The notes under the pieces: model-generated
The model's database searches: none
What the model saw: the letters and a program-made list of their open reading frames with translations, nothing else
What the model was told of the DNA's origin: nothing
In this document: positions 32,933 through 46,199 of the stretch, piece after piece
Numbering within the stretch: the first letter of the stretch is position 1
Layout: each line of letters opens with the position of its first letter
Assembly (NCBI RefSeq): GCF_030435755.1
Contig: NC_080855.1
Coordinates: 24,722,445-24,786,444 of the forward strand
DNA length: 64,000 nucleotides
From: Ochotona princeps
Lineage: Eukaryota
Direction: 5' to 3'
Made by a program: the position numbers and the translations under genes

Positions 32933-33697
32933 ATGCCTTCGACTGCACAGCAGCCCTCCGGGCAAACGGAGATGCCCGCTGAGCCCGAGGCAGCCGTCCT
33001 GTGGCCCTCACTGCCATGCGGGCCCTGCATTCCCATCATGCTGGCCCTGGCCTCCCTGGCCGCCTTCTTCCTGGTGACCACAGCCGTGCTGGCCGAACGC
33101 CTGTTCCGCCGCTCGCTGCACCGAGCCCCCGGCCCCGACTCGCCCACGCTGGTGTGGCGCCCGGGCGGAGAGCTGTGGATCGAGCCCCCCAGCTCGGCCA
33201 GGGAGCGTTCCGAGGACTGGTACGGCTCCGCGATGCCGCTGCTGACTGATCGGGCGGTTGACCCGCCCACCCCGGGGGGCACCTTGGAGGCCCGGGCCAC
33301 GGCGCCCCCCGCCCCTCTGGCATCGCACTCCGTTGCTCCCAGTTCCTTGCTGTCCATGACGACCGCTCCTACCGTCCCGGCCCCCTGCACCTTCTGGGGG
33401 TCTCACCCATGGGAGGAGAGACCCCACCAAGCGGGCCTGGTGCGCTGGTCGGAGCCGGAGCCGGAGCTGCGGCCATCGCCGGCTCCGCGGCCATCGCCGG
33501 CTCCGCGGCCATCGCCTGCCCCGCGGCCATCGCCTCCACTGCCATCCCCACCGGCCCCGAGGGGTGGCGGCCCCCAGCCCTGGAGGCCACGACCCGGGAG
33601 CCCTGAGCCCGACTGGAGCCTGCAGCCCCGGGTCACACTGGAGCAGATATCAGCCTTCTGGAGGCGAGAAGGTCGGACCAGCAGCGTGGGATTCTGA
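32933..33697 (+). CDS. C16orf54: C16orf54 ortholog (small single-pass transmembrane protein). Complete CDS in one exon, 254 codons, stop TGA 33695-33697. The ATG immediately follows a splice acceptor (ctccttcccccag|ATG).
   Basis: Translation MPSTAQQPSGQTEMPAEPEAAVLWPSLPCGPCIPIMLALASLAAFFLVTTAVLAERLFRR…TLVWRPGGELWIEPPSSARERSEDWYGSAMPLLTDRA…GTLEARATAPPAP…RVTLEQISAFWRREGRTSSVGF matches the human C16orf54 protein as recalled from memory. The memory-based points are the PWPSLPCGPCIPIML…TAVLAERLFRR TM region and the C-terminal LEQISAFW(K/R)REGRTSVGF. The ORF-track start at 32867 is an upstream in-frame Met, probably not used. Confidence 0.8.
   Translation: MPSTAQQPSGQTEMPAEPEAAVLWPSLPCGPCIPIMLALASLAAFFLVTTAVLAERLFRRSLHRAPGPDSPTLVWRPGGELWIEPPSSARERSEDWYGSAMPLLTDRAVDPPTPGGTLEARATAPPAPLASHSVAPSSLLSMTTAPTVPAPCTFWGSHPWEERPHQAGLVRWSEPEPELRPSPAPRPSPAPRPSPAPRPSPPLPSPPAPRGGGPQPWRPRPGSPEPDWSLQPRVTLEQISAFWRREGRTSSVGF
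33470..33556 (+). repeat. C16orf54: In-frame 18-bp tandem repeat (~4.5 units) encoding (PSPAPR)n inside C16orf54
   Basis: ccatcgccggctccgcgg repeated. Protein reads RPSPAPRPSPAPRPSPAPRPSPPLPSPPAPR. Confidence 0.8.
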
Positions 33698-34456
33698 GCC
33701 CCCCAGACACCCTGCCTCAGGGGCACTCCAAGACTCAAGGTCCCAGCCACAGGGCAGCCCTAAGCCCACCTCACGGATAGACCATGCCCTTCCTGGCCTC
33801 TCTCTGGCTGGACCTCAGCTCCTTCCCTGGGTCTGGACAGTGAGCAGGCTCCACCACCCTGGCTGCAGGCTCGAACTGGCAGTGGGCCAGAAGATGGCAT
33901 CTAGGGAAAGAACTCCAGGTAACAGGTGGGCAAGAAGGAGCACCAAGCTGACTGCTTCCACCAGAGGTCATGATTAATCGTCACCCAGGACTGCAATGGG
34001 TGGGGACGCCAAGGGTCAGCTGAGCCGTCAGGGGCTGGCGGCATCTCAGCTTCCCAGAAGCCCACGACTCAGCTGACCTCCCTGTTCCCAGGCGGTCCCC
34101 CAGGAAAATACAGAGATAAGACCAACCTGGGCTAAGGAGGGGTCACCACAAAACCAAAACCACTGCTGACCTTGACTTCCTGGGGCACTGAGGAGGTGCT
34201 TGCTCGACCGTGGCAGGGAGGGGCCTCCCTTCCCTGCAGGCGGGGGTCAGAGCCTGTCAGGCTCCTGTGCCAGCGCTGAGGAAGACCTTGGCCTGGGAAA
34301 GCTGTGTGGGATGTAAGAGAGAGCCATTGACCCAGCCCAAGAAGGGTCCCAAAGTGTGACCACGACCGCCTTCCTGCTCTCCCAGGCAACAGTTGTCCAC
34401 AGAGGCAGAGGTACCCCAAGACAGGCTTCCCTATAAAGCTTCACCCGCTAAGAAAT

Positions 34457-34680
34457 GGAGCCCAGCCTGGCTATAGCGCAACTGGCTAATCCTCTCCCTG
34501 CAAGCGCCGGGATCCCATATGGGTGCCAGTTCGTGTCCTGGCTGCTCCACTTGGCATCGGATTAGCTCAGCTCCGGCCATTGTGGCCATTTGGGAAGTGA
34601 ACCAGTGAATGAAAGATCTCTCTGGTTTTCCTCTCTGTAAATCTGATCTGCCTTTCCAATAAAAATAAAGGAAAATAAAA
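34457..34680 (+). mobile_element. C-repeat SINE, sense, internally deleted
   Basis: …cgccgggatcccatatgggtgccagttcgtgtcctggctgctccacttggcatcggattagctcagctccggcc. Confidence 0.75.
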
Positions 34681-36139
34681 ATTACCTGGAAAACATTTTT
34701 AAAGAAAGTAGAGCCCAGTGCTCTTGGTCCGCCCTGCCCTCTCTTTCAGCAGACCCCTGCCCCCTAGTGGAGGAGGTAGGGTGGGGTAGGCCCACGAAGT
34801 TTCCATTCCCTAGCAGACAGATTGTCCACATTTCGGTCCTACGTGCTAGGACTTGTGTCAGAGTCCCCCCTTTGCACCCTGAAGTGTATTTTCTGTATGC
34901 TTTTCTCTAAATGGGCTACTGTTTGCTTACTGCATGAACTGTAAATAAAGGAACCTGTGTTGTATGACTTCTCTAAATGGAACACCAGTCTCACCCACCC
35001 TGAGTAGAAGGTAAAACAAGGAAACAAAGACAAGGTCAACAATGACCTGCTTTCAAAGTGGACTTTGTTCCCCTGCTAGAGCCACTGACTCCTTCCTCCC
35101 CCGGCTCTGCTCTTTGTCTGGCACGTCACGATGACTGGCAAGTCACCCAAGTGGTAGACCCAAGTGCAAGGGTCCCCTGTGCATGAGTGGCATGTGACTG
35201 AGCCGGGGGGGCTTCAGGTAGAGACAAGATAAGACAGATACAAAACAAACTCAAGGCACAGATGGGGCTCCCGGCAACTCCCCATCACTCCTGGGCGACC
35301 GTCCCTGCAGCTGGTGGGACTGGCTGTGGGGACCAGACGGGGACAAGTGTTTGGAGAGCACGTGTCTCTGAGTCAAGCGTTCCAGAGAGACAGTGAGGGG
35401 TGAGTGGGATGCTACGGGCATATCTCTGGCTTGCCACCTGCCTGGACCGCCTGTTTCCTTGGAGGCCTTGGGGAAGTGACTCCTGTACCCCCTGGCTCTT
35501 TCTGTGTACGAGAGAACTGAAAGTTGGAGATGTTCTTCTGGCTGTGACGTTTGGAGAGGTTATATAATGAAACATGGTTGGGTGGACAGATGAGCAGATG
35601 CATGGTGTGGTAGCTGGATAGGGAGGAACAAGCAGGCGTATGTGTGCGTGAGTGGCTGGGTAAGTGGAGGAATGTATCCTTCAGACAGAGTTCATTACTG
35701 CTTCCAGAATCGCCTCAAATACAACCGAGAGCCCATGCATTGGGGGGCTGGCGCGACTCAATTGGCTGTTCCTCCACCTGCAAGTGATACGTGACTCCCT
35801 CCCCATTGACTCTCCAACCTCGCTCCTTCCTGCCCTGCCCCTGAGCCCACGACGCCGCACCTCTCCTTTGCCCACTCCAGCTGTGCTCCTGTCCCTACTC
35901 CTGCACTGTCCCAGAGCGGCCTTCTGTGCCCACGGCCCCTGCACCCAGTCAGCTGACAATGCCTAGAAGGCTTTGCAACTCCACACAGCTTGCGAGAGCA
36001 TCTCCACACCTGTTGGTGACAGACAGGTGCAGCTGCTCAGAAACAGGTGACTGTGCTTTCACTGCCCATCCCAGGGGGAACTGGGAGGGCTCCCGCACAC
36101 AAGAGAGGCAGAACTCCACCTTGGCCACTACTCTAACTG

Positions 36140-36275
36140 TGTGCATGAACGCTAGCTGCGTGAATGAATCCCACTGCGCTAGCTGCGTAGATGAACGCCA
36201 ACCACGTGAAAGAAGCCCACTGCGTTAGCTGCGTGGATGAAACCCACTGAGTTAACTGCATGAATGCCGCTTTTC
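36140..36275. repeat. Minisatellite, ~30-bp unit x4 (CACTGCGYTAGCTGCGTRGATGAAnCC)
   Basis: actgcgctagctgcgtagatgaacgcc / actgcgttagctgcgtggatgaaaccc / actgagttaactgcatgaatgcc, in tandem. Confidence 0.6.
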
Positions 36276-36292
36276 TCCAGTTAAAACCCATC

Positions 36293-36470
36293 AGTGGGGC
36301 CGGTGTTGCAGCACAACCAGTTGAGACACTACTTGCCCTGCACCTGCAAAGGCAGTAGATGACAGTCCACGTGGGAGACCCAGATGGAGATCCAGGCTCC
36401 GGGCTTCAGCCTGGCCCAGCCCTGGTCACTGCAGCCATCCGGGGGAATGAACCAGCACCTACGCCCCAAG
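36293..36470 (+). mobile_element. C-repeat-like SINE fragment, sense
   Basis: …gggagacccagatggagatccaggctccgggcttcagcctggcccagc…gggggaatgaaccagc. Confidence 0.5.
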
Positions 36471-36926
36471 CTGTGCCCAACTGCTTCTTTTCCTGTAGTC
36501 ACCTTCACATACATGGCTCCCTCCCTGGAACAGTCTTCCTCCCTACACCTGTTCTTGGCTAATCCTTACCCTCAGGGCTTCAAGTCGAGGTCACTTTCAC
36601 TTCCTAGGGAATCCTTCCCTGGCAGCCTCTGACCAGGCTCCTGATGGAACACACCGTGGGCCCTGTGACGTAAGGGATGCTTCTGGCTGCAGGGAGCAGG
36701 ACCACAGGAACTTATGCCATCAAGCCCAGAAGCGTGCAGACTCAGTGCTCTGCATGGGGGCAACTGGAAGGGCTCCAAGGAAGCCGACATTGCTGTGCCA
36801 TGCCCCTCCTCCACCGTCCCTCAGTGTTTTAGAACCTTCCCAGCTTGCCTGCTCCCTCCAGGTGTAACCACACATCACAGGGGGTCCTCACCTGTCAAGG
36901 CTGTCACAAGAAACCCAGCTGAAGGG

Positions 36927-37255
36927 GCCCAGTGTGATAGTGTAGCGGTTAAAGTCCTTGTCTTGAACGCGCCGGGATCGCATATGGGCTCCAGTTCTAA
37001 CCCCGGCAGCTCCACTTCCCATCCAGCTCCCTGCTTGTGGTCTGGGAGAGCAGTTGAGGACGGCCCAAAGCCTTGGGACCCTGCACCCGCGTGGGAGACC
37101 CGGAAGAGGCTCCTGGCTTCGGATTGGCTCAGCTCCAGCTGTTGCGGCTCACTTGGGGAGTGAACCAGCAGATGGAAGATCTTCCTCTCTGTCTTTCCTC
37201 TTCTCTGTATATCTGACTTTCCAATCAAAATAAATATGAAAGAAAGAAAGAAGCC
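36927..37255 (+). mobile_element. C-repeat SINE, sense (near-consensus)
   Basis: ggcccagtgtgatagtgtagcggttaaagtccttgtcttgaacgcgccgggatcgcatatgggc…ggcagctccacttcccatccagctccctgcttgtggtctgggagagcagttgaggacggccc. Confidence 0.9.
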
Positions 37256-37494
37256 CAGCTGATAGGGAGAGATGAGGAACCAGGGCCTGGCACAGGCCAC
37301 AGGGCATTCATCTTCTCTGTGCTGAGTCCACCCCACACAAACTCAGGGCAAGAGAGACAGGTAAGGGTGGAGGTGAGCACTCCTGGGCAGGTGACAAACT
37401 GTGAACAGGCTCTGCTGTCTGCCAGTGAGGTGACAAGTGAGAGTGAGTATGGGAACATGTGTGCGTATGTGTGTGTGCATACACAGGAAGGGAA

Positions 37495-37715
37495 TTTAAA
37501 AAGCTGATGAGAAATGGAGCTGAGTTGTTCAAAAGCCAGGAGCCTCCTCTGAGTCTCCCATGTGGGTACAGAGTGCCAAGGACTTGGACTGTCCGCATTG
37601 CTCTCCCAGGCCACAAGCAGGAAGCTGGATGGGAAGTGGAGCAGCCAGGAACTTGAATCGACGCTCTTATGAGATGCAGTGTTGCAAGTCACAGCTTATC
37701 CCATGGTGCCACAAA
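37495..37715 (-). mobile_element. C-repeat SINE, antisense, partial
   Basis: …aaagccaggagcctcctctgagtctcccatgtgggtacagagtgccaagg. Confidence 0.65.
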
Positions 37716-37950
37716 GCTGGTCCGACTCCTCCATTTCTGATCCAGTTTCCCACTAATGCGCCTGGGAAAGCAGTGGAAGATGAGATGACTCAAGTGTTTG
37801 GGTTCCTGCCACCCACATGGGACACCCAGAGAGTATTGGAGCTTCAGCCTGGCCCAGACAGGGCTGTCACTGGCATTTAGGGAGTGAACCAGAGGATGGA
37901 AGACCTCTCTCATTCTGCCTTTCATATAATCAACCTCTATTTTAAACCGA
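37703..37950 (+). mobile_element. C-repeat-like SINE, sense, partial
   Basis: …gcgcctgggaaagcagtggaagatgagatgactcaagtgtttgggttcc…gggagtgaaccagaggatggaagacc. Confidence 0.55.
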
Positions 37951-38444
37951 GAGGTGACCATGGACACAGTGAGTTTAACCTGGGGGTGCACCGGGGCATG
38001 CTGGGAAGGGAAGGGGACTAGGAGAAAGAAGGACCCCAGGCCCGGGAAAGGGCCCAGTGAGAAGAGCCAAGGGTGCCCTTTCCCATCAGGCGGCCTTGAA
38101 GGACTGGCAGCTCCCAAGGCGTGGGCAGGGCCTGGCCTTGGCCCTGGGAGGGGCTGACTGCGCTGGGCTGCCTGTGGCCCACCTTGGAGCTCATCAAGAT
38201 GACTCAAACATCTGGTGCCGACAAAGCATATCATGCAACAGCTGGCAACCAGTCAAGACAACCAGAGTAGGGAGGCAGTGATGGCTATGGGGACACACCT
38301 GCTAAGGGCTCAGAGTCCGAGTGCAAAGAATTCAAAACTCTCAATGGCACGAAAAAATTAAATTAAAAAACTGGACAAAGGACTCCAACAGACATTTCAT
38401 AAAAGAAGACAGAAAAGCAAAACAAATTATGGCCATGACAAAGG

Positions 38445-38690
38445 CTTGTCTTACCTTAGGTGCCTTGGTTCAGTCCCTGGCACTTGGGTTCTTGACTCCA
38501 GCTTCCTGCTAACACATACCCTGGGAGGCAGCGGGGGAGGCCCAAGAAGCTGGGTCTCTGTCATCCACGTGAGAGATCAGGATTGAGTTTCTGGCTCCCA
38601 GCTTTGGTCCTAGCTCAGGTCTAGCCATTTCGGTACTTGGAAAGTGAACCAGCAGATGGAAGCTCAAATCAATAACGTAAAAATTAAAGA
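38445..38690 (+). mobile_element. C-repeat-like SINE, sense, divergent
   Basis: …ggtgccttggttcagtccctggcacttggg…ggaaagtgaaccagcagatggaagctc. Confidence 0.5.
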
Positions 38691-39654
38691 TAAAACCATC
38701 ATGAGTTACACCCTCACAGCCGGTAGAGGAGCTCCCTACAGAAACGTGAGCCATAGCAGGTGCTGGTGAGAATATGGAGGCACAGCGGATGCTGGTGGGG
38801 TCGGGGTATGAACACCAGCACCGGACCAAGCAGTGTGCAGTCTCCTTCAGAAGCGGGGGCTGCTGTCTGCGCTGCAGGCTCAGCTCGGGCACACACCCTC
38901 CGGGCACATCTGTACCCCCAGCGGCCAAGTCCAGAGCCCGGTGAGTGTTCACCTGCATGAGCTGAGCCCCAGAGACACAAGCCCAGAGACTTTTGATGAC
39001 TTGGGAAGTGCTACAAAACGGTCACATTGCAGTCGGAATCCCAGTCTTCCCTGGCAGGACATGATTATCACCGTCACACAGAGACCACAGGTGGGCTGGG
39101 TTCCCAAAAGGTTGGCAAGCCGGAAAGGCGGGAGATTCTTCTCCCAAAGACTGATGGGCTCCCAGCATCACGTCTGAAAAGGAGGCTCCTGGTTCTTCAG
39201 AAAGGGTCTGTCTGGGAAGAGGTGGGGACCACATGAGCAGCAGCAAAGATCTGCTTGGGGTCGTGCCCAGCAGCGTGGGGGCAGGAGACAAGAACACGGG
39301 CTGACAGCCGAGGAAGCCTTGGCAGGTGGACCTGCAGGGCTCTCTGCGAAAATTTCAGTACCCCACTGGGGTCCTGGGGCAGGATGGGGATCTGATGAGA
39401 GGATGAAGCTGGACCAGTGATGGCCTTCGATTGCCTTCAGTTCCTCCTAGCTTTCATCCTGAGATGTTGTCCTAGCACCTGCAGCCACCTTTGCTAGTCT
39501 CCCCAGTCCAGGCGGGGAGCACAAAGGCAGATGGGAAGCTGTGTGCCTGCAGTGCCCTCTGGTGACCAAAAGGGGGTTTGACATGTGGTTTTCTTTTTCC
39601 TTCCTTTTTTTCTTTTCAAAAGATTTATTTATTTTTGTTTATTATTTTTATCTG

Positions 39655-39965
39655 TTTTTAAAGATTTATTTATTTATATTAAAAAGGCAGATATACAGAG
39701 AGAAAGAGAGACAAAGATCTGTCCGCTGCCTCACTCCCCACATGGCTGCAACAGCCAGAACTGAGCCAATCCAAAGCCAGGAGCCAGGAGCTTCTTCCAG
39801 GTTTCCCACATGGGTTCAGGGTCTCAAAGCTTTGGACCATTTTCTACTGCTTTCCCAGGCCACAAGCAGGGATCTGGGAGCAGCCTGGACACAAACCGAT
39901 GCCTGCTTGGGATCCTGGCACATGCAAGGCAAGGATTTACCCATGGAGCCATTACACCAGGCCCT
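39655..39965 (-). mobile_element. C-repeat SINE, antisense
   Basis: …ctcactccccacatggctgcaacagccagaactgagcc…tgggttcagggtctcaaagctttggacc. Confidence 0.75.
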
Positions 39966-40245
39966 ATTTATTTTTATTGGAAAGGAAGATTTACAGAAAG
40001 AAGAAGAGACAGAAAAATCTTCCATCACTGGCTCACTCCACAAATGGCCATTACAGCCAAAGCCGGGAGCTTCTTCCAGGTCTTCCCCATGGTTACAGGG
40101 ACCCAAGGACTTGGGTCACCCCCATTGGCTTCTTAGACCATTAGCAAGGAGATGGATGGGAAGTGGAGCAGCCAGGACTCAAACTGGCACCCATATGAGA
40201 TGCTGGTGCTGCAGGTGAGGCTTAGCACACTACACCGTGGCCCTG
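39965..40245 (-). mobile_element. C-repeat SINE, antisense (tandem to previous)
   Basis: …ggctcactccacaaatggccattacagccaaagccgggagc…ggttacagggacccaagg. Confidence 0.7.
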
Positions 40246-41023
40246 GCCCCTGACATCTGGTCCTTGATGTCAGGACCAGTATTTTCCTTACGTGATTTCT
40301 CTTTGCTCTTCTGCACCCTAGAATATAAGCCCCAGGAAGACCCAAATGTTCATCTCCCTCCTGCTTGCTGCACAGTATCCCCACCTGCACCACTGTCTCT
40401 CCCATGCCCAGCCATGCCCAGTCACACCAACACCAAGACCTCTTCAGCAGCCTCCTCCTGGTCTCCCCACCCCCATCACGGCCATGCTGACTTCCTCCAC
40501 CACACCTGCCCATGGCAAATCCTGGCTGAGCTGCAGTCATGCTGACCACACACCCAGCCGAGCTCCAACTGCTCCTGGAGCCGAGTCCAGAGCCTTGGAC
40601 CTACCATTCTGTGGTCTGGAGCTGGTCAGTGCCCCAGCCATCCTGTCTTCCCCAGTCCCGGCTTCAAAGCTGCCAGCAGACAATGCAAGCCACTGCCGCG
40701 GGGTGGGGGTGGGGTCTCTGCCGCTCCCCAGGGCCGGCCCCCAGCTCATCACTTATCAGTCCTGTTTTATGTGCTAGAGAGTTCTTTCTGGCCATTGGGT
40801 ATGGGTTCTTACCATGCACCCTGAGCTCCCTGCACAGGCCGCTGTAGTTCTTGTGACCTTAGCTGCCTGGCTCATGGTGACCACACAGCACCATTGATGC
40901 AATGAACACCTGACTCAGCAGAGGTACTGTGCAGCTGGGAGGGGGCCCTGTGGCCCCTCCTAACCCTGACCAGGCCGCTCGCCAGGTGCTCACGACCACC
41001 CAAAAGACCCAAAAGGTTGAGTC

Positions 41024-41029
41024 TTTATT
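41024..41029 (-). terminator. QPRT: QPRT polyadenylation signal AATAAA (plus tttatt), ~165 nt 3' of the stop
   Basis: AATAAA on the minus strand downstream of TGA 41190-41192. Confidence 0.5.
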
Positions 41030-41189
41030 AGACCCATTTTACAGACTGGGAAACTGACATGCGCAGCAATGAAGTCAGTGGGCAGCTGGGGCAGGAGTCG
41101 ACCCAGGCTCACCCTGACTATGCCCCGTTGGCCACTGTCACCCTGGGGGCACCACCTCCCCACCGCTGCTGGCATTCCTTCCCTTGGTT

Positions 41190-41770
<581 letters not shown>

Positions 41771-41860
41771 TCATGTATTCGGGGATTACTTTTATGGGTG
41801 CAAAAAGGGTTAGATATCAGCAACATTTGAAATCTGGGTCTGACACTTCCATGAGACTCA

Positions 41861-42616
<756 letters not shown>

Positions 42617-43007
42617 TCAGCCTGGGAGGACAGTATACATGGTGACAACCTGTGGATTGGCCACAGCCAATCAGCAAGAAGATCGGGTGTTCCAGGGGCG
42701 GGTACTGGGGCCCAGGGTGGTTCTGGGGGCCGGATGGGGTTGCCCAACAGAGCAAATGGAAGGATGAAGCACCCCAGGGTAGGTGTTGGGCACAGCACTT
42801 GCCATCGCTTGGAACACCAACATTGCACACCTGAGCCTGGCGGTGAGCTCTAACCCACTGGGCTCTCAGCCCAGCTGCCTGCTAGCGCATACCAGGACAG
42901 CAGGGGCTCAGGTACATGGGCCCTGACATCCACCAAGAGACCAGACAGGAGTTCTGGCTTCTACGTGCCAGTGGAGAGAAAACCTCTCTCATCAAAAATT
43001 AAAGCAG

Positions 43008-43320
43008 GGCCAGGTCTGGTGGCCTAGTGGCTTAAGTCCTGACCTTGAACGCGCCAGGATCCCATATGGGCACTAATTCTAATCCCGGCAGCCCTGCTTC
43101 CCATCCAGGGAAAGCAGTCGAGAACGGCCCAAAGCCTTGGGACCCTGCACCTGTGTGAGAGACCCTGAATCAGCTCCTGGCTTCAAGTCGGCTCAGCTCT
43201 GGCTATTGTGACCTTTTGGGGAGTGAAGCAGTGTATGCAAAGTCCTTCCCTCTGTTTCTTTGTCTCTGTAAATGTGATCTGACTTTCCGATAAAGATTTA
43301 TTGAATATTTTAAAAAAAAC
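43008..43320 (+). mobile_element. C-repeat SINE, sense, internally deleted; within QPRT intron 1
   Basis: ggccaggtctggtggcctagtggcttaagtcctgaccttgaacgcgccaggatcccatatgggc…cccatccagggaaagcagtcgagaacggcccaaagcc. Confidence 0.8.
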
Positions 43321-43660
43321 TATTTATTTGAAAGGCAGAGTTAAAGAGACAGGACGAGAGAGAGAGAGAGAGTGAGTTTCCATCTGCTGGTTCACTCCCC
43401 AATTGGCTGCAACAGCTGGGACAAGGCCAGGCCACAGCTAGGAGCCTCATCTGGTCTCCCATGTGAGTGCAGGGGCCCAAGCACTTGGGCCATCCTCCAC
43501 TGCTTTCCTAGGCCATTAGCAGGGAACTAGATTGGAAGTGGACCAGCCGGGACTCGAACTAGCACCTATGTGGACCAGCCCAACTCGCTGTTTAGGCCAT
43601 TTGGGACTGAACCAGCAGATGGAAGCACTCTCTGTGTAACTGTATCAAGTAAAATCAGTT
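43320..43660 (-). mobile_element. C-repeat SINE, antisense body abutting a sense-oriented 3' fragment (chimeric or two adjacent fragments); QPRT intron 1
   Basis: Antisense part …ggttcactccccaattggctgcaacagctggg…, then sense ggccatttgggactgaaccagcagatggaagcactctc. Confidence 0.6.
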
Positions 43661-44391
43661 AAGATTTAAAAGAGGAAAAAGACGTGGAGAGCAGACCTGG
43701 GCCCTGGCCCCTGACCCCAGGTGCTCTGATCTGGGCTCCGAGTGCCCCCAGCTTAACCCCTGAGCCAGACACCTACCCAGGGCCAGTGGTGGGCTGGCGG
43801 AGGACCACAGAGGGCATGCCAGGCCCGGGGTTGCCACACAGCAAACTGATGGCAGTCAGCCCTGTGAACTTAGGGGTCGGGGTTGGAGGTTCCTCTGCTT
43901 CTTTCTGGCCCTGGGGGTCTCCTCCAAACCCAAAGCCAAGGTCAGCTGGCATTTCTACAGGGGCAGACTGCCCATGGGAAGAGGGCAGGGACAATGAGAC
44001 TGCAGCCCTGTTCTTCAGGGGCATCCACGGGTCCTCGCCCCGGAAACTAAGGGTTTGGATGGAGTGTGTGTATTGGTGGGGCTTCCTTCCTTAGCAGCAG
44101 CTAATGGACGCTCTCAGGGACCTGCCAGGGCAGTGGACAGCAGACAGGACCCCGACGCGGTACAGCATTGCCACCTGGTGGCTTGAAGAAGACTTGCAGC
44201 CTCGTGGACAGCCCTGGCCTTCCCGGGGAGGAGGAGCTGAAGGGATGGCAGGCAGGAGTGGTGGGATGAGAGACGCTGTCTCAGTCTCTCTGTTGTAACC
44301 CTGTCTTTCAAACAAATAACTATATCTTAAAACAAAGGGGAAAAATTCCACTGTTTTGGGCATGAAATGCACTCCAAAAAAGGCAAGTTGA

Positions 44392-44700
44392 TGGGCCTGG
44401 AGCAATAGCCTAGTGGTTCTCGCCTTGCATCCACTGGGATCCTATATGGGTGCCGGTTCGTATCCCGGCTGCTCCACTTCCTATTCGGCTGTGGCCTGGG
44501 AAAGCAGTGGAGGATGGCCCAAGGCCGTGGGACCCTGCACACATGTGGGAGGTCCAGAGGAAGCTCCTGGCTCCTGGCTTCAGATCGGCTTAGCTCCAGC
44601 TGTTGTGGGAGCAGACTAGCGCACAGAAGATTCTTCTGTCTCTCCTTGTCTCTGTATATTTGCTTCTCCAATAAAAATATAAACTATTTTTTTTTGAAAC
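44392..44700 (+). mobile_element. C-repeat SINE, sense; QPRT intron 1
   Basis: …tggagcaatagcctagtggttctcgccttgcatccactgggatcctatatgggtgccggttcgtatcccggctgctccacttcc. Confidence 0.8.
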
Positions 44701-45061
44701 AAGACAAATTGATATAGAGTGACAGGCACAATTCAGTGGTTTCTCAGGGCTGGTTGTATGAGAAGGGGGCGGGGTCTTATTGGAGTGACAGACATTTCTA
44801 TGAGCCAGACCACTCGGTACATTTGGGAAAAATCAGGGCCTTGGGCACTTGCACAGGGACCAACGCACTGACCGACGACATGAGCCATTCCCTCCTTACA
44901 TTTCAGGGAGCCAACGCACCCAGGCGGTCAGCATCAGACGTCAAGTTCAAGAGCCCCCCAAGCCCGCCCTGACAGCTGGACCCGTGGCTGCTGGCTTACA
45001 CCTCAGACAGTTCAACTGTCTTCCTTTTGACTCATTTCTACTTCAAGATCCAGAGAACAGG

Positions 45062-45370
45062 CCCAGCGAAGTAGACTAGCAGCTAAAGCCCTCACCTTGC
45101 ACGCACCGGGATCCCATACCTGTGCCAGTTCTAATCCCGGCAGCTCCACTTCCCATCCAGCTCCCTGTTTGTGGCCTGGGAAGGCAGTCGAGGACGGCCC
45201 AAAGCTTTGGGACCCTGCACCCGCGTGGGAGAGGTTCCTGGTTCCCGGCTTCGGATCGGCACAGTACTGGCCGTTGCGGCTCACTTGGGGAGTGAATCAT
45301 CGGATGGAAGATCTTCCTCTCTGTCTCTTCTCCTCTCTGTATATCTGACTTTGTAATAAAAATGGATAAA
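45062..45370 (+). mobile_element. C-repeat SINE, sense (near-consensus); QPRT intron 1
   Basis: …ggcagctccacttcccatccagctccctgtttgtggcctgggaaggcagtcgaggacggcccaaagctttgggaccctgcacccgcgtgggag. Confidence 0.9.
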
Positions 45371-45729
45371 TGTTAAGCAGTGCGAGCCCCCATTTGCTGC
45401 AATTCAAATCTGGGGAGTGGGTGTTTAGTGGACAAGACACCGATGTGCCCCATTCACGTGTCTGGGTTCAGTTTCTGAGTCTGATTTCTGACCCCAGCTT
45501 CCCGCCCATGCGGACCCTGCAAGCCAGTGGCGATGGCTCAAGCAGCTGGTCCCTGCCATATACACGAGAGCCAGAGCTGGACTGAGTGCCAGGCTCCAGG
45601 CTGCAGCCCAGCCCCGGCCACTGCAGGCGTTTGGGATGGATGAGGCACGGGAGAGCTGTCTGCCTCTGTCTGCCTGTCAAATAAGAAATATTAAGAAGGA
45701 AACTTGTTTACTGAAAATTATGTTCTCAC

Positions 45730-45970
45730 AGGGGCCAGTGCTGTGGTATAGTAGCTTAAGCCTCCACCTGCAGTGCTGGCAACCCACACGGCCACCGGTT
45801 CAAGTCTTGGATACTCAACTTCCAAACCAGCTCCTTGCTCAAGTGCGTGGGAAAGTAGCAGAGGAAGGTTTAAGTCCTTGGGCTTTTGCACTCACATGGG
45901 AGACCTGAAAGAAGCTCCTGGCTCCTGGCTCTGGACCAGCCCAGCTCTGGGAGTGAACCAGAAGATCCAT
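45730..45970 (+). mobile_element. C-repeat-like SINE, sense, partial; QPRT intron 1
   Basis: ggggccagtgctgtggtatagtagcttaagcc…gtgggaaagtagcagaggaaggtttaag. Confidence 0.55.
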
Positions 45971-46199
45971 TCTTCAAAGGGGGAACCACAGCTCCTGAGG
46001 TCAGTAACTTGCTGGAGTTGCCGCAGTCCCAACGGGATATAACTCCAGGTCATTTCCAAAGGAAAGTCACCAGGCTGACTGGAAGGTGCCCAGCGTGTCA
46101 CCCTGCATGGGACACAGCCCCCCCACTGTTCCTGCTAAATAGGCTTCATGGCCCCACCAGAGGACCCCCAAACAGGGAGTGGAGGGGAGGTGACAATGT

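Noticed and set aside
32509-33390. 293-aa minus-strand ORF antisense to C16orf54
   Set aside because: Antisense frame of a GC-rich coding exon, low complexity (Gly/Ala/Arg-rich). The sense frame has clear C16orf54 homology.
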